Part shown: positions 9,743 to 19,941 of the stretch, piece by piece
Position numbering within the stretch: position 1 is the first letter of the stretch
How the letters are laid out: each line of letters opens with the position of its first letter
From: a virus
Reading direction: 5' to 3' (one strand)
Virus record (IMG/VR): IMGVR_UViG_3300008113_000108
Location: 32,001-96,000 of that record
Length of the DNA: 64,000 nt
The notes under the pieces: model-generated
What the model was told of the DNA's origin: nothing
Databases searched by the model: none
What the model saw: only the letters and a program-made list of their open reading frames with translations
Translations under genes and position numbers: made by a program

Positions 9743-11128
9743 ATGTTTAATTCAGAACAGCTACAAAGAAAATGGGCTCCTATTTTGGAGCACAACGATC
9801 TAAACCCAATTACAGACAGATATCGTAAAGCTGTAACCGCAGTTCTCCTAGAGAACCAAGAGTCATTCCTACGTGAAGAGCGTGGTGTTCTTTCCGAGGT
9901 TGCTGCTAATAGCACTGGTTCATTCACCGCTGGTGGTGCTGGTGTAGGCGCACATGGCTTCTCAGGTGGTGCTGCTGCTGGCGGTCCTGTTGCAGGTTTC
10001 GATCCAGTTCTAATCAGCCTAATCCGCCGTTCAATGCCTAAGCTAATTGCTTATGACATTTGCGGTGTTCAGCCAATGAGCGGCCCAACTGGTCTAATCT
10101 TCGCAATGCGTGCTCATCGTGGTACTGATCGCAATGGCGACGGTGCTACTCCAAACGTATTCGATAACGAGACCTTCTTCAACGAAGTTCCTTCAGGTTT
10201 CTCTGCTGCTGGTGGTTCATACTCTGCAGCTTCTGGTGAAACTGCAACCAACCCAGGCGTACTAAATGCTTCTGGTACTTACGGTTATGTTGGTGGTATG
10301 AACACCAACGCTGCTGAAGCTCTAGGCGAAAGCGGATCTGAGTTCCGTGAAATGAGCTTCTCAATCGAGAAGGTAACTGTAACAGCAAAGAGCCGTGCTC
10401 TAAAAGCTGAGTACACCCTAGAACTCGCACAAGACCTCAAGGCTATCCATGGTCTTGATGCTGAGACTGAGCTAGCAAACATTCTAAGCTCAGAGATTCT
10501 AACTGAAATCAACCGTGAAGTTGTACGTACCATCTACGTAACTGCTAAGCCAGGTGCTCAGAACAACGTAGCTAACGCTGGTACTTTCGACCTCGACGTT
10601 GACTCCAATGGTCGTTGGTCAGTTGAGAAGTTCAAGGGTCTACTATTCCAGATTGAGCGTGATGCAAACGCAATCGGTCATGAGACTCGTAGAGGGAAGG
10701 GTAACTTCATCGTTTGCTCCGCAGACGTTGCAAGTGCTCTAGCTGCTGCTAAGGTAATGGATTACACTCCACTACTCAACACTTCAGACACCCCAGACGA
10801 CACCGTATCAACTCTAGCTGGTACAATCAATGGTCGCATCAAGGTATATGTTGATCCATATTCAGCAAATATCTCCAATGACCACTACTACGTAATGGGT
10901 TATAAGGGAACCAACGCATATGATGCTGGTCTCTTCTACTGCCCATACGTTCCTCTCCAGATGGTTCGTAGCATCGGTCAGGACACCTTCCAGCCAAAGA
11001 TTGGCTTCAAGACCCGCTACGGCATGGTTGCAAACCCATTCGCAGGTGGTCTAACCCAGCGTTCTGGTGCTCTCCAGGCAAACGACAACGTTTACTACAG
11101 AAGAACCAGAGTTATCAACCTAATGTGA
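9743..11128 (+). CDS. gp23: major capsid protein
   Basis: KWAPILEH, GVQPMSGPTGLIFAMR, AKSRALKAEYTLELAQDLKAIHG, FQPKIGFKTRYG. Confidence 0.98.
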   Translation: MFNSEQLQRKWAPILEHNDLNPITDRYRKAVTAVLLENQESFLREERGVLSEVAANSTGSFTAGGAGVGAHGFSGGAAAGGPVAGFDPVLISLIRRSMPKLIAYDICGVQPMSGPTGLIFAMRAHRGTDRNGDGATPNVFDNETFFNEVPSGFSAAGGSYSAASGETATNPGVLNASGTYGYVGGMNTNAAEALGESGSEFREMSFSIEKVTVTAKSRALKAEYTLELAQDLKAIHGLDAETELANILSSEILTEINREVVRTIYVTAKPGAQNNVANAGTFDLDVDSNGRWSVEKFKGLLFQIERDANAIGHETRRGKGNFIVCSADVASALAAAKVMDYTPLLNTSDTPDDTVSTLAGTINGRIKVYVDPYSANISNDHYYVMGYKGTNAYDAGLFYCPYVPLQMVRSIGQDTFQPKIGFKTRYGMVANPFAGGLTQRSGALQANDNVYYRRTRVINLM

Positions 11129-11149
11129 TCACTGATTCACATATCTCTC

Positions 11150-11175
11150 AGAGGGTCTTCGGACCCTCTTTTTTT
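11150..11175 (+). terminator. intrinsic terminator after gp23
   Basis: AGAGGGTC-TTCG-GACCCTCT followed by a T run. Confidence 0.9.
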
Positions 11176-11196
11176 ATCTAAATATAAATAAAACCC

Positions 11197-11733
11197 ATGG
11201 CTGCTAATTTTATAGCCAACTCAGGCTGCCCTTCAAATTTCCTGACTGGAATAGGATTTCAGTTTCAGTTAATTAAATATCCAAAAGTATCTTTCTTTTG
11301 CCAGTCTGCAACTGTTCCTGGTATTAGTCTTTCTACAGCCAGACAGGCTACAAGATACAACTATATCAGTCATCCTGGAGATGAGATAAATTTTGAAGAT
11401 CTAACTTTAGAATTTATCGTAGATGAAAATATGTCCAACTATGTGACTGTACATAATTGGGTTAGAAAATTAGGACATCCTTATTCATCAGAAGATATTC
11501 AAGAGCTTCCAGGAGATAGCTTGGATGATAAGACCTACAGTGATGCTGTATTGTTTATTCTAGATTCCAACTTTAAAAAGAAATTTAAAGTAGTTTTCAA
11601 AGATGTGTTCCCTACAGATTTAGGACCACTCAAGTTTGAATCTACATCTACCGATGTTCAGTACTTTACAGTTTCAGCCAATTTCAAGTATACTATATAC
11701 GATATATACGATATTAATGACAAGAAATTATGA
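11197..11733 (+). CDS. gp3: tail completion and sheath stabilizer
   Basis: NFL...F.F, FFCQSATVPGI, F.VDENM.NY, F.DVFP; T4-like position. Confidence 0.85.
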   Translation: MAANFIANSGCPSNFLTGIGFQFQLIKYPKVSFFCQSATVPGISLSTARQATRYNYISHPGDEINFEDLTLEFIVDENMSNYVTVHNWVRKLGHPYSSEDIQELPGDSLDDKTYSDAVLFILDSNFKKKFKVVFKDVFPTDLGPLKFESTSTDVQYFTVSANFKYTIYDIYDINDKKL

Positions 11734-12161
11734 TCGACATTGACTTTGTTAAAAATGAATGGAAAAAAGACTCGGTGATGGATGAAGACTTATTAGATCA
11801 AGAGTCTATTAAAATTCCTCAATTACATAGCAAGTATTTAAATTTTCTTTCTGATGTAAGACTGATTAAAATCAAGAAAGAACAAGATTACAAAAGAATG
11901 CTCAGAGAAAAGTTTGAGTATTATACAGGTAAAGCAGATACAGAAGTTTATAGACAAAAGCCATTTGATTTGAAGATCTTGAAGCAGGATGTTCAACTTT
12001 ATATTGATTCAGATGAAGAAATACAATCCTTACAAAATAAACTAAATTATTATAAGGAGATGATGTTTTTACTTGAAAGTATTCTGAGTAATATCAATAC
12101 CAGGGGATTTCAAATTAAAAATAGCATCGAGTGGCAGAAATTCATGCAAGGTACTATTTAA
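11730..12161 (+). CDS. uvsY: recombination mediator UvsY
   Basis: IPQLHSKY, YYTGKA, RGFQIKNSIEW. Confidence 0.9.
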   Translation: MIDIDFVKNEWKKDSVMDEDLLDQESIKIPQLHSKYLNFLSDVRLIKIKKEQDYKRMLREKFEYYTGKADTEVYRQKPFDLKILKQDVQLYIDSDEEIQSLQNKLNYYKEMMFLLESILSNINTRGFQIKNSIEWQKFMQGTI

Positions 12162-13630
12162 TGGCAGATGTTATTATTCAGAAAAAGAATGAAGTTTATC
12201 TTTCTGTAGAATGCGAACCACACATAAAGTATGAACTTTCAGAGTACTTTACGTTTGATGTTCCAAATGCAAAATTCATGCCACAATACAAAAACAGGTT
12301 GTGGGATGGCAAGATCAGATTATTCAGTCCTGCGGAAGGACTAATTTATGTTGGTCTGTATGACTACCTAACTGAGTGGCTTTGTACGAGGGGATATACA
12401 TTCCTTGACAAGGATAATAAGTTCTATGGAATGCCCAAAGATTCCAATCAAGAAATTACACCAGAAGGTTTAGTGGATTATGTTAAGACACTTGGAATTC
12501 CTTTTAAAGTTAGAGACTATCAATACAAAGCAATTTACGAAGCACTAAGAAATAATCGTAAGTTACTTCTATCTCCAACTGCATCAGGAAAATCTCTGAT
12601 GATTTATTGCATTGTCAGATATTATACTGACAAAGGAATGAATGTATTAATTATTACTCCAACCACTTCTCTGGTAGAACAGTTATCAAAAGACTTCCAG
12701 GATTATGGTTGGGGAGATGATACACATAAAATTTATGCAGGCAAATCAAAGCAAACAAATAAACTAGTTACAGTTACAACTTGGCAATCAATCTACAAAT
12801 TACCAAAGGCATTCTTTGAAAAGTATGATGTTGTGATTGGAGATGAAGCTCATCAATTCAAAGCCAAGTCTCTAGTATCCATCATGACAAAACTACATAA
12901 TTGTAAACATAGAATTGGGTTCACGGGTACTCTGGATGGGTCAAGCACAAATCAACTCGTATTAGAGGGGTTATTCGGTCCTGTTAACAAGGTTATTAAG
13001 ACCAAAAATTTGATAGACAAGGGCTACCTCTCAAACCTCAAAATCAATATCCTTTTACTTCAGCATGAGTATTCGTCGTTTGAGTCGTATCAAGAGGAAT
13101 TAGATTACATATGTCGTAACGAAAGACGAAATAACTACATCAAAAAATTAGCCATCAATCAGGAAGGAAACACTCTGGTTCTTTTTGCTATGGTAGAAAA
13201 GCATGGCAAAGTACTTTACGATTTAATAAATAGTCAAGTAGGTAATGAAAGAAAAGTATTTTTCGTATACGGTGGAGTCGATACCGAAGAAAGAGAGCTA
13301 ATCAGAAAATTAACTGAAGAACAGTCAAATGCAATTATTATTGCATCGTATGGAACATTTTCCACTGGAATTAATATTCGTAACCTACACAATGTTATTT
13401 TTGCAAGTCCAAGCAAATCAAGAATTAGAAATCTCCAATCAATCGGTAGAGTATTGAGAAAAGGAGAAAACAAGTCCAAAGCAAGATTATTCGATATTGC
13501 TGATGATTTTTCAAAAGGAGAAAAGAAAAATTATACTTTAAATCACTTGATAGAAAGAATTAAAACTTACTCTGAAGAAAACTTTGAGTATGAAATAATT
13601 CCAGTTAATTTTAAACAGGGAGACAAATGA
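12161..13630 (+). CDS. uvsW: RNA-DNA/DNA-DNA helicase UvsW
   Basis: SPTASGKS, DEAH, RNLQSIGRVLR; start taken at the ATG overlapping the uvsY stop. Confidence 0.95.
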   Translation: MADVIIQKKNEVYLSVECEPHIKYELSEYFTFDVPNAKFMPQYKNRLWDGKIRLFSPAEGLIYVGLYDYLTEWLCTRGYTFLDKDNKFYGMPKDSNQEITPEGLVDYVKTLGIPFKVRDYQYKAIYEALRNNRKLLLSPTASGKSLMIYCIVRYYTDKGMNVLIITPTTSLVEQLSKDFQDYGWGDDTHKIYAGKSKQTNKLVTVTTWQSIYKLPKAFFEKYDVVIGDEAHQFKAKSLVSIMTKLHNCKHRIGFTGTLDGSSTNQLVLEGLFGPVNKVIKTKNLIDKGYLSNLKINILLLQHEYSSFESYQEELDYICRNERRNNYIKKLAINQEGNTLVLFAMVEKHGKVLYDLINSQVGNERKVFFVYGGVDTEERELIRKLTEEQSNAIIIASYGTFSTGINIRNLHNVIFASPSKSRIRNLQSIGRVLRKGENKSKARLFDIADDFSKGEKKNYTLNHLIERIKTYSEENFEYEIIPVNFKQGDK

Positions 13631-14025
13631 AAGAATTTTATGGAATAATCAAACTAGTAGACGGAACTGAAATAGTTGGAAGTGTAGTTCCATGTGAAGA
13701 ACAAGAAGGATTTATTGTTGAGAATCCTTTTGAAATTGCTGTAGAACCTATTTCAACTCCAACAGGAGAAATGTATAAAGTTGATATGAGACCATGGATT
13801 AAATTCTCCAAAGAAGACATTTTCTTTATTGAAAAGAATAAAGTATTTACAATTGGAGAAGCAGACAATAAAATCCTAACTCTCTACAGAAGCACCCTAA
13901 AGAAGTATCTTAATAAACAAGATAATAATAGAGTTTCTTTAGATAAAGAATTAGGATTTAAAAATAAAATTGAAGAAGCTAGAAAGCTTCTGGAGAAGTC
14001 CTTTAAACTTAATATAGATACTTAA
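13627..14025 (+). CDS. hypothetical protein, Sm/SH3-like beta fold
   Basis: IKLVDGTEIVG...NP...PW pattern shared with 23037 and 25504. Confidence 0.7.
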   Translation: MKEFYGIIKLVDGTEIVGSVVPCEEQEGFIVENPFEIAVEPISTPTGEMYKVDMRPWIKFSKEDIFFIEKNKVFTIGEADNKILTLYRSTLKKYLNKQDNNRVSLDKELGFKNKIEEARKLLEKSFKLNIDT

Positions 14026-14032
14026 AGTTAAT

Positions 14033-14080
14033 TCTGAACCCTGACAGAGTTATTATACACACATTCCAGGGTCTTGTCAA
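14033..14080 (-). promoter_or_regulatory. antisense sigma70-type promoter with conserved leader (copy 1)
   Basis: Minus strand TTGACA-17-TATAAT then AACTCTGTCAGGGTTCAGA, identical to 43595-43621. Confidence 0.85.
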
Positions 14081-14097
14081 CCCCCCCCCCTCACCAC

Positions 14098-14126
14098 TTG
14101 ACAAGACCTTTTTTATGTGCTACAAT
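14098..14126 (+). promoter_or_regulatory. early sigma70-type promoter for gp55
   Basis: TTGACA-17-TACAAT with extended TG. Confidence 0.85.
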
Positions 14127-14153
14127 TTACACAATTGGAATAATCTAAGTTGA

Positions 14154-14624
14154 ATGAAGAAAAAAGAACACTATGTAAATAACAAGGACTTCTTAGATGC
14201 CCTAATGGTTTATCGTAAAGAAGTTAAACTTGCAAAGGAAGAGGGTAGGGACAAACCTAAAGTTCCCAACTATATTGGAGAGTGCTTTCTGAAGATTGCT
14301 ACTCACCTATCATATCGTCCTAACTTTGTCAACTACATGTTTAAGGATGACATGATTTGTGATGGCATTGAAAACTGTCTTCAGTATATTGATAACTTTG
14401 ACCCAGAAAAGTCTACTAATCCATTTGCATATTTTACTCAAATTATTTACTTTGCCTTCCTTCGTCGTATTCAAAAAGAGAAGAAGCAACTTGAAGTTAA
14501 AACCAAGCTACTAGAAAGGTCTGGGTTTGACGAAGTATTTGCTGCCGACGATAACATCATGGGATTCAATATGTCTGACATGAACAGCATTAAAGAAAAT
14601 CTTGAATATCGCAATAACCGATGA
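14154..14624 (+). CDS. gp55: late transcription sigma factor
   Basis: HYVNNKDF, YIGECFLKIA, NPFAYFTQI. Confidence 0.95.
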   Translation: MKKKEHYVNNKDFLDALMVYRKEVKLAKEEGRDKPKVPNYIGECFLKIATHLSYRPNFVNYMFKDDMICDGIENCLQYIDNFDPEKSTNPFAYFTQIIYFAFLRRIQKEKKQLEVKTKLLERSGFDEVFAADDNIMGFNMSDMNSIKENLEYRNNR

Positions 14625-15670
14625 ACAGTGCAATTATTACAGACCAGCATTTAGATGGAAGAAAGGGTTCTCTAGCTTTCTGGGAATTCTTTCTCAAGTT
14701 TTATGATGATGTATTCTTTCCAACCTTGGAAGAGAACAACATCAAAATCCTATTTGATTTAGGAGACACTTTTGATAATAGGAAATCAATTGATTTTGCT
14801 GCTTGGGATAGAATCAAGAAGCATTACTATGATAGACTTCGTGATCTTGGTATTCAAGTTCACATGATCGTAGGAAATCATACTGCATATTACAAAAATA
14901 CTAATCGTGTGAATACTCCAAATCTATTGCTGAGTTCATATGATAATATTACTATCTACGATGAAGTCTGTGATATTGATGTTCTAGGAAATACCATTAC
15001 AATGGTTCCTTGGATTAATCCTGAGAATCAATCCAAAGTAATGGACCATCTAAAGAACACAAAATCCCAAGTCCTAATGGGACACCTTGAGATCAATGGT
15101 TTTGAAGCTCATCCAGGTCATACTTTTGAGGGTGGTCTAGACAGAGATATCTTCTACAAGTTTAAGCAAGTATTCTCTGGACATTTCCATCACAAATCAA
15201 GAAGTGATAACATTCATTATCTTGGCAATCCTTATGAAATGACTTGGAGTGATTTCAATGAAGAAAGAGGATTCCATCTGTATGATCTAGATAATAGAAA
15301 ACTAAAGTTCATCAGAAATCCATTTAGGATGTTCAAGAAATTTTATTACAATGATGAAGTTCATGACTATCTAAAATTAGATCTCACTGAATACAAAGAC
15401 AGCTACGTTAAAGTAATTGTTGAAAATAAAACTGATCTTTACATGTTTGATAAAGTAATTGAAAAGTTTTATACTGTTGGAATTCATGATCTAAAAATTA
15501 TTGAAGATACTCAGATAATGTCTGATGAAGATGACATCGAGACAATTGAACATGAGGATACTCTCAGTACATTGCAGAGATATATAGAAGATATGAAAGA
15601 TAATTATGACAAGTCTAACTTGAAATCTATTATCAAATCAATTTATATCGAAGCATCTGAGATTCAGTAA
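14621..15670 (+). CDS. gp47: recombination endonuclease subunit
   Basis: Metallophosphoesterase motifs DQH, GDTFD, GNH, SGHFH. Confidence 0.93.
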   Translation: MNSAIITDQHLDGRKGSLAFWEFFLKFYDDVFFPTLEENNIKILFDLGDTFDNRKSIDFAAWDRIKKHYYDRLRDLGIQVHMIVGNHTAYYKNTNRVNTPNLLLSSYDNITIYDEVCDIDVLGNTITMVPWINPENQSKVMDHLKNTKSQVLMGHLEINGFEAHPGHTFEGGLDRDIFYKFKQVFSGHFHHKSRSDNIHYLGNPYEMTWSDFNEERGFHLYDLDNRKLKFIRNPFRMFKKFYYNDEVHDYLKLDLTEYKDSYVKVIVENKTDLYMFDKVIEKFYTVGIHDLKIIEDTQIMSDEDDIETIEHEDTLSTLQRYIEDMKDNYDKSNLKSIIKSIYIEASEIQ

Positions 15671-15945
15671 TGTACATCCTAACGCTCAAAGATAAAAAAG
15701 AAGAGGGTGCATACGCAGTAGAGACATCAGACGGAAGTAAAGTTTTGCAACTGTTTGTTGACGAAGACGATGCACTGAGATATATTGGGCTGTTAGAAGC
15801 AGATGGATTTCCTGAGATGCAGTTAGTTGAAATAGATGAAGAGGATGCAGTCATTGCATGTGAAAGTTTTGGATATAATTATTGTGTAATAACTCCCGAT
15901 GATTTTGTAATTCCGCCTGAGACCATTTCTTATGATTTTATTTAA
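15670..15945 (+). CDS. hypothetical protein, DUF3110-like
   Basis: LF.DEDDALRY..LLEA motif resembles cyanobacterial DUF3110. Confidence 0.6.
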   Translation: MYILTLKDKKEEGAYAVETSDGSKVLQLFVDEDDALRYIGLLEADGFPEMQLVEIDEEDAVIACESFGYNYCVITPDDFVIPPETISYDFI

Positions 15946-17644
15946 GTCTGTAACATACTCAAATTTTCTTGCAGTAGGAAACACTCCAATTACAGTTGAT
16001 TTAAATTCTGCCAATACAACACTTATTGTTGGGACCAATGGAGCAGGTAAAAGTACAATCATTGAAGCTATTGTATTTGCTCTGTTTAACAAATCATTTC
16101 GTAAGGTAAATAAAAACCAACTTATTAACTCAATCAACGAAAAGGATTGTAAAGTTGATCTAGAGTTTAGCATTGGTCCGAAAGAATATAAAATTATTCG
16201 TGGACTGAAGCCAAATATTTTTGAAATTTGGGTTGATGGTCAGCTACTAGATCAGGTTGCTGCTGCGTCAGACCAACAAAAGTATCTGGAACAAAATATC
16301 CTGAAACTGAATTACAAGTCATTTACTCAGATTGTAATTCTCGGTAGCAGCACCTTTGTTCCTTTCATGCAACTTCCTGCTGCCCACCGACGAGAGATTA
16401 TCGAAGATCTTCTAGACATTCGTATCTTCTCGACTATGAATGTCATTCTAAAGGATCGAATCAAAACCAATAACGATAATATCAAAACCTTTGAGAATCA
16501 GATTGAGTTTCTCAAAGAAAAAGTCAAGATGCAAAAAGATCATATTGACTATATCAAAAATCAATCTCAGAAGAGTATTGATGACAAGAAAGTACAGATA
16601 GAAGATTATGAAAATCAGATCAAAGAGTGCAACGAAACCTACGATAAACTATGCGTTGATCTAGACAACAAGCAACAAGAACTTGCAGCTCTACCAAAGA
16701 TCAATATTAAAGAACTAGAGAAATACAAGACTAAGTTTCTGACAAAGTTATCTGATCACGAAACTAATATTCAATTTTATAGTGAGAATGATACTTGCCC
16801 AACATGTCATCAAGATCTCACTGATGATGTGAAAGAAAAGCATATTGGCAAATGCAATTCTGAGATTGAAAAACTTCAAAAATCAATTCACGAAGTTGAA
16901 ATTAAAATCGAAGAGTCTCAAGAAATTATTTCCAAATCTCAAGACATTCTACAACAAATCTCAGATATCAACGTAAAGATTGCTTCTCAAAACTACAAGT
17001 GTAAAGGTCTTGCAGATTTTATTGTTACTCTAAATGAAGAGATTGAGAAGATCTCGGAATCTGATAAAGATATTGCAGTCGAGAAACAAAAGCTAACCGC
17101 ACTCGCATCAGAAGGTCTGACTCTCAAAAAACAAGTGGACAAGATGAAGTCTAACAAAACCTATTTTGAGATTATCTCTAGCCTTCTCAAAGATACTGGA
17201 ATCAAATCTAAGATTATCAAAAAATATCTTCCAGTAATGAATCAACTTATCAATAAGTATCTTCAGTTGATGGACTTTTATGTTAACTTTAATCTAGATG
17301 AAAACTTTGAAGAAACCATCAAATCTAGATTCCGAGATGAGTTTAGTTATACTTCATTCTCTGAAGGTGAAAAGATGAGAATCGACTTGGCTCTAATGTT
17401 TACCTGGAGAGCAGTTGCAAAACTAAAAAATTCTACAAATACAAATTTACTCATTCTTGACGAAGTATTTGATAGTTCTCTTGACACAGCAGGCACAGAA
17501 GACTTTCTTCGCATCATTCGTGGAATTGACAAAGACACAAACGTGTTTGTTATCTCTCATAAAGGTGATGTTCTTCATGATAAGTTTGAAAGAGTCTTGA
17601 GGTTTGAAAAAGTCAAGAACTTCAGCAAGGTCAAAGAAATATAA
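15932..17644 (+). CDS. gp46: recombination ATPase subunit (SMC-like)
   Basis: GTNGAGKS, zinc hook CPTC, FSEGEK, LILDEVFD. Confidence 0.95.
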   Translation: MILFKSVTYSNFLAVGNTPITVDLNSANTTLIVGTNGAGKSTIIEAIVFALFNKSFRKVNKNQLINSINEKDCKVDLEFSIGPKEYKIIRGLKPNIFEIWVDGQLLDQVAAASDQQKYLEQNILKLNYKSFTQIVILGSSTFVPFMQLPAAHRREIIEDLLDIRIFSTMNVILKDRIKTNNDNIKTFENQIEFLKEKVKMQKDHIDYIKNQSQKSIDDKKVQIEDYENQIKECNETYDKLCVDLDNKQQELAALPKINIKELEKYKTKFLTKLSDHETNIQFYSENDTCPTCHQDLTDDVKEKHIGKCNSEIEKLQKSIHEVEIKIEESQEIISKSQDILQQISDINVKIASQNYKCKGLADFIVTLNEEIEKISESDKDIAVEKQKLTALASEGLTLKKQVDKMKSNKTYFEIISSLLKDTGIKSKIIKKYLPVMNQLINKYLQLMDFYVNFNLDENFEETIKSRFRDEFSYTSFSEGEKMRIDLALMFTWRAVAKLKNSTNTNLLILDEVFDSSLDTAGTEDFLRIIRGIDKDTNVFVISHKGDVLHDKFERVLRFEKVKNFSKVKEI

Positions 17645-17666
17645 GATATCCTTATGGTCTAGCCCA

Positions 17667-17695
17667 TTGACATGGTGGGTTGGACCTGTTACTAT
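17667..17695 (+). promoter_or_regulatory. early promoter
   Basis: TTGACA-17-TACTAT with extended TG. Confidence 0.8.
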
Positions 17696-17718
17696 ATGGG
17701 TAACGAATTGAGGCACTT

Positions 17719-19887
17719 ATGTCCGACATCCAACAATCCAAGAGCATTCTTGCAAAGCTTCTTGCGACTGAAAACCTTACTGTGGAACATCGGTCAGTTC
17801 CTACTGCAAGTTTTGACACTCATAATCGTATTCTGACTCTTCCTATTTGGGATAATACTTCTGGTGATGTTTATGACCTTCTTGTAGGTCATGAAGTAGG
17901 TCATGCTATCTACACTCCAGATTTGTATGGTAGTGACTTGAATCTTCCTCAAGGTTATCTGAACGTCGTTGAAGATGCTCGGATTGAGAAGTTGATGAAG
18001 CGTAAGTATCCTGGTCTTGCTCGGTCTTTCTACCGTGGTTATTCTGAACTGAATGATCAAGACTTTTTTGAAATTGATGATATTGACGTAAATACTCTGA
18101 AGTTTATTGACCGAATCAATCTGTATTTTAAACTCGGCAACGTAAATACTGGTTCATTTATTGATTTTTCTGCCGAAGAAAAACCATTCGTAACTAAAAT
18201 TGCAGCTGCAGAAACCTTTGAAGATGTTGTAAATATCGTCAAAGAACTTGTTGAGCATACTCAGCATGAAACTGAAATGCAGGTTCAAGTCACTCTTCAG
18301 GATAGTGATAATTCTGATGGGGAATCCGAACAAATGGATTCGCAACCTAATGAATCATCTGATAGTCAAGTAACTGAAAATCAGAGCAATCAATCTCCAA
18401 ATTCAAATTCAGACAAGAAAGAAGATCTTCCTAAAGATTCTTCCGATTCTTCTACAAAGAGTGCTGGCAAAGAACAAGATCTTAGCTCCAAGACTGATGA
18501 AGCTTGGGCTAAAAATCAAAAGCAACTTGCTACGATTAATAACAACAACTACATCTATCTAACTCCTCCAGATATTGATATCAAAAATCACATGATTATT
18601 TGGAAGGATTTTGCTGAAGATCTTCCTGCACTGTTTAAAAAGATTATTGATGATGCTTCTTATAGTGGATATCATGGAAAAGATTACTACAAATCTACTT
18701 TTTCAAGGGCAGCATCTGAGTACAAAAAGTATAAAGATGATTGCAAAAAATCTGTTTCATATCTCATCAAAGAGTTTGAAATGAAGAAGCGAGCAACCGA
18801 ATATAATCGGTCTGCTACTGCAGGAACTGGAATTCTAGACACCAATAAGATGCATTCCTATAAGTGGAATGATGACATCTTCAAGAAAGTTACTGTAGTT
18901 CCTAAGGGCAAATCTCATGGTCTGATCATGTATGTTGATTGGTCTGGATCTATGCAGGGCAATCTAATTGGTACTCTTAAGCAGTTGTACAATCTAATTC
19001 AATTCTGCAAGAAAGTTCAGGTTCCTTTTGAAGTGTATTCTTTCAATGATAGGAATGTTGCCAAAAATTATGCTTCAATGTCTAGGAGTAACAAATACAA
19101 AGTTGAGCCAAATCAAATCGTTATTCAAGAAGATTTTCTGCTAGTAAATTTCTTCAGCAGCAAAATGAATACTTCTCAACTAGAGAAGCAAATGGAAAAC
19201 GTTTGGAAACTGGCATACGTTCTAGATGGTCGTGGCTATCTTCCCTATGAGTATGGTCATTATGACCTTGGAAGTACACCACTAAATGAATGTATTTTTG
19301 CAGCCATTCCTATCTTTCATCAGTTTACTAAGACCTACAAAGTCGATAAAGTAAACACAGTATTTTTGACTGATGGAGAATCCAATTCAGTATCATTCAA
19401 TCGCCCTCCAGCACATTCAACTCAGCGGAATATCGTCCATGCTGGATGGCTGCAGCACAATGATATTCTTTGCCTTCAGGATAAGAAGAATAAAATCACT
19501 ATGATGAACATTACCAAAAATGGTAGTATCGGAGTTACATCTTCATTTGTAGATTATTATCGTCAAATGACTGGTTCTAATGCTGTAGGATTCCGATTGA
19601 TTGATTTTTATGCTGCCAAATCATTCCTCACTCGTCATCTGAAAGATGAATATCCTTCATGGAGCAATGTTTCTGCTGAATGGGCTAAAACTAGGTCTTT
19701 CACTTCTACTTCGATGGGATACAATGAACTTTATTTTATTGAGATTGGAGGATCATCTCCTCAGCCAGATGAAGAAACTCAATCCACTACCGCAACAGGC
19801 AATGTAGCCCTTGCATTTAAAAAGCAAATGAGCAAGAAAGCTTTCAATAAGATCATCTTATCGAAATTCGTTGACCAAATCGCTTGA
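17719..19887 (+). CDS. metallopeptidase-like plus vWA domain protein (CobT-like architecture)
   Basis: HEVGH and EDARIE at the N-terminus, acidic linker, MIDAS DWSGS...TP...TDGE. Confidence 0.8.
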   Translation: MSDIQQSKSILAKLLATENLTVEHRSVPTASFDTHNRILTLPIWDNTSGDVYDLLVGHEVGHAIYTPDLYGSDLNLPQGYLNVVEDARIEKLMKRKYPGLARSFYRGYSELNDQDFFEIDDIDVNTLKFIDRINLYFKLGNVNTGSFIDFSAEEKPFVTKIAAAETFEDVVNIVKELVEHTQHETEMQVQVTLQDSDNSDGESEQMDSQPNESSDSQVTENQSNQSPNSNSDKKEDLPKDSSDSSTKSAGKEQDLSSKTDEAWAKNQKQLATINNNNYIYLTPPDIDIKNHMIIWKDFAEDLPALFKKIIDDASYSGYHGKDYYKSTFSRAASEYKKYKDDCKKSVSYLIKEFEMKKRATEYNRSATAGTGILDTNKMHSYKWNDDIFKKVTVVPKGKSHGLIMYVDWSGSMQGNLIGTLKQLYNLIQFCKKVQVPFEVYSFNDRNVAKNYASMSRSNKYKVEPNQIVIQEDFLLVNFFSSKMNTSQLEKQMENVWKLAYVLDGRGYLPYEYGHYDLGSTPLNECIFAAIPIFHQFTKTYKVDKVNTVFLTDGESNSVSFNRPPAHSTQRNIVHAGWLQHNDILCLQDKKNKITMMNITKNGSIGVTSSFVDYYRQMTGSNAVGFRLIDFYAAKSFLTRHLKDEYPSWSNVSAEWAKTRSFTSTSMGYNELYFIEIGGSSPQPDEETQSTTATGNVALAFKKQMSKKAFNKIILSKFVDQIA

Positions 19888-19912
19888 CTTCCCACCCCCT
19901 TTGCCCTATACT
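19884..19912 (+). promoter_or_regulatory. early promoter overlapping upstream stop codon
   Basis: TTGACT-17-TATACT. Confidence 0.75.
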
Positions 19913-19941
19913 ACTTTCATACCAAACGAGGTAACTTCATT

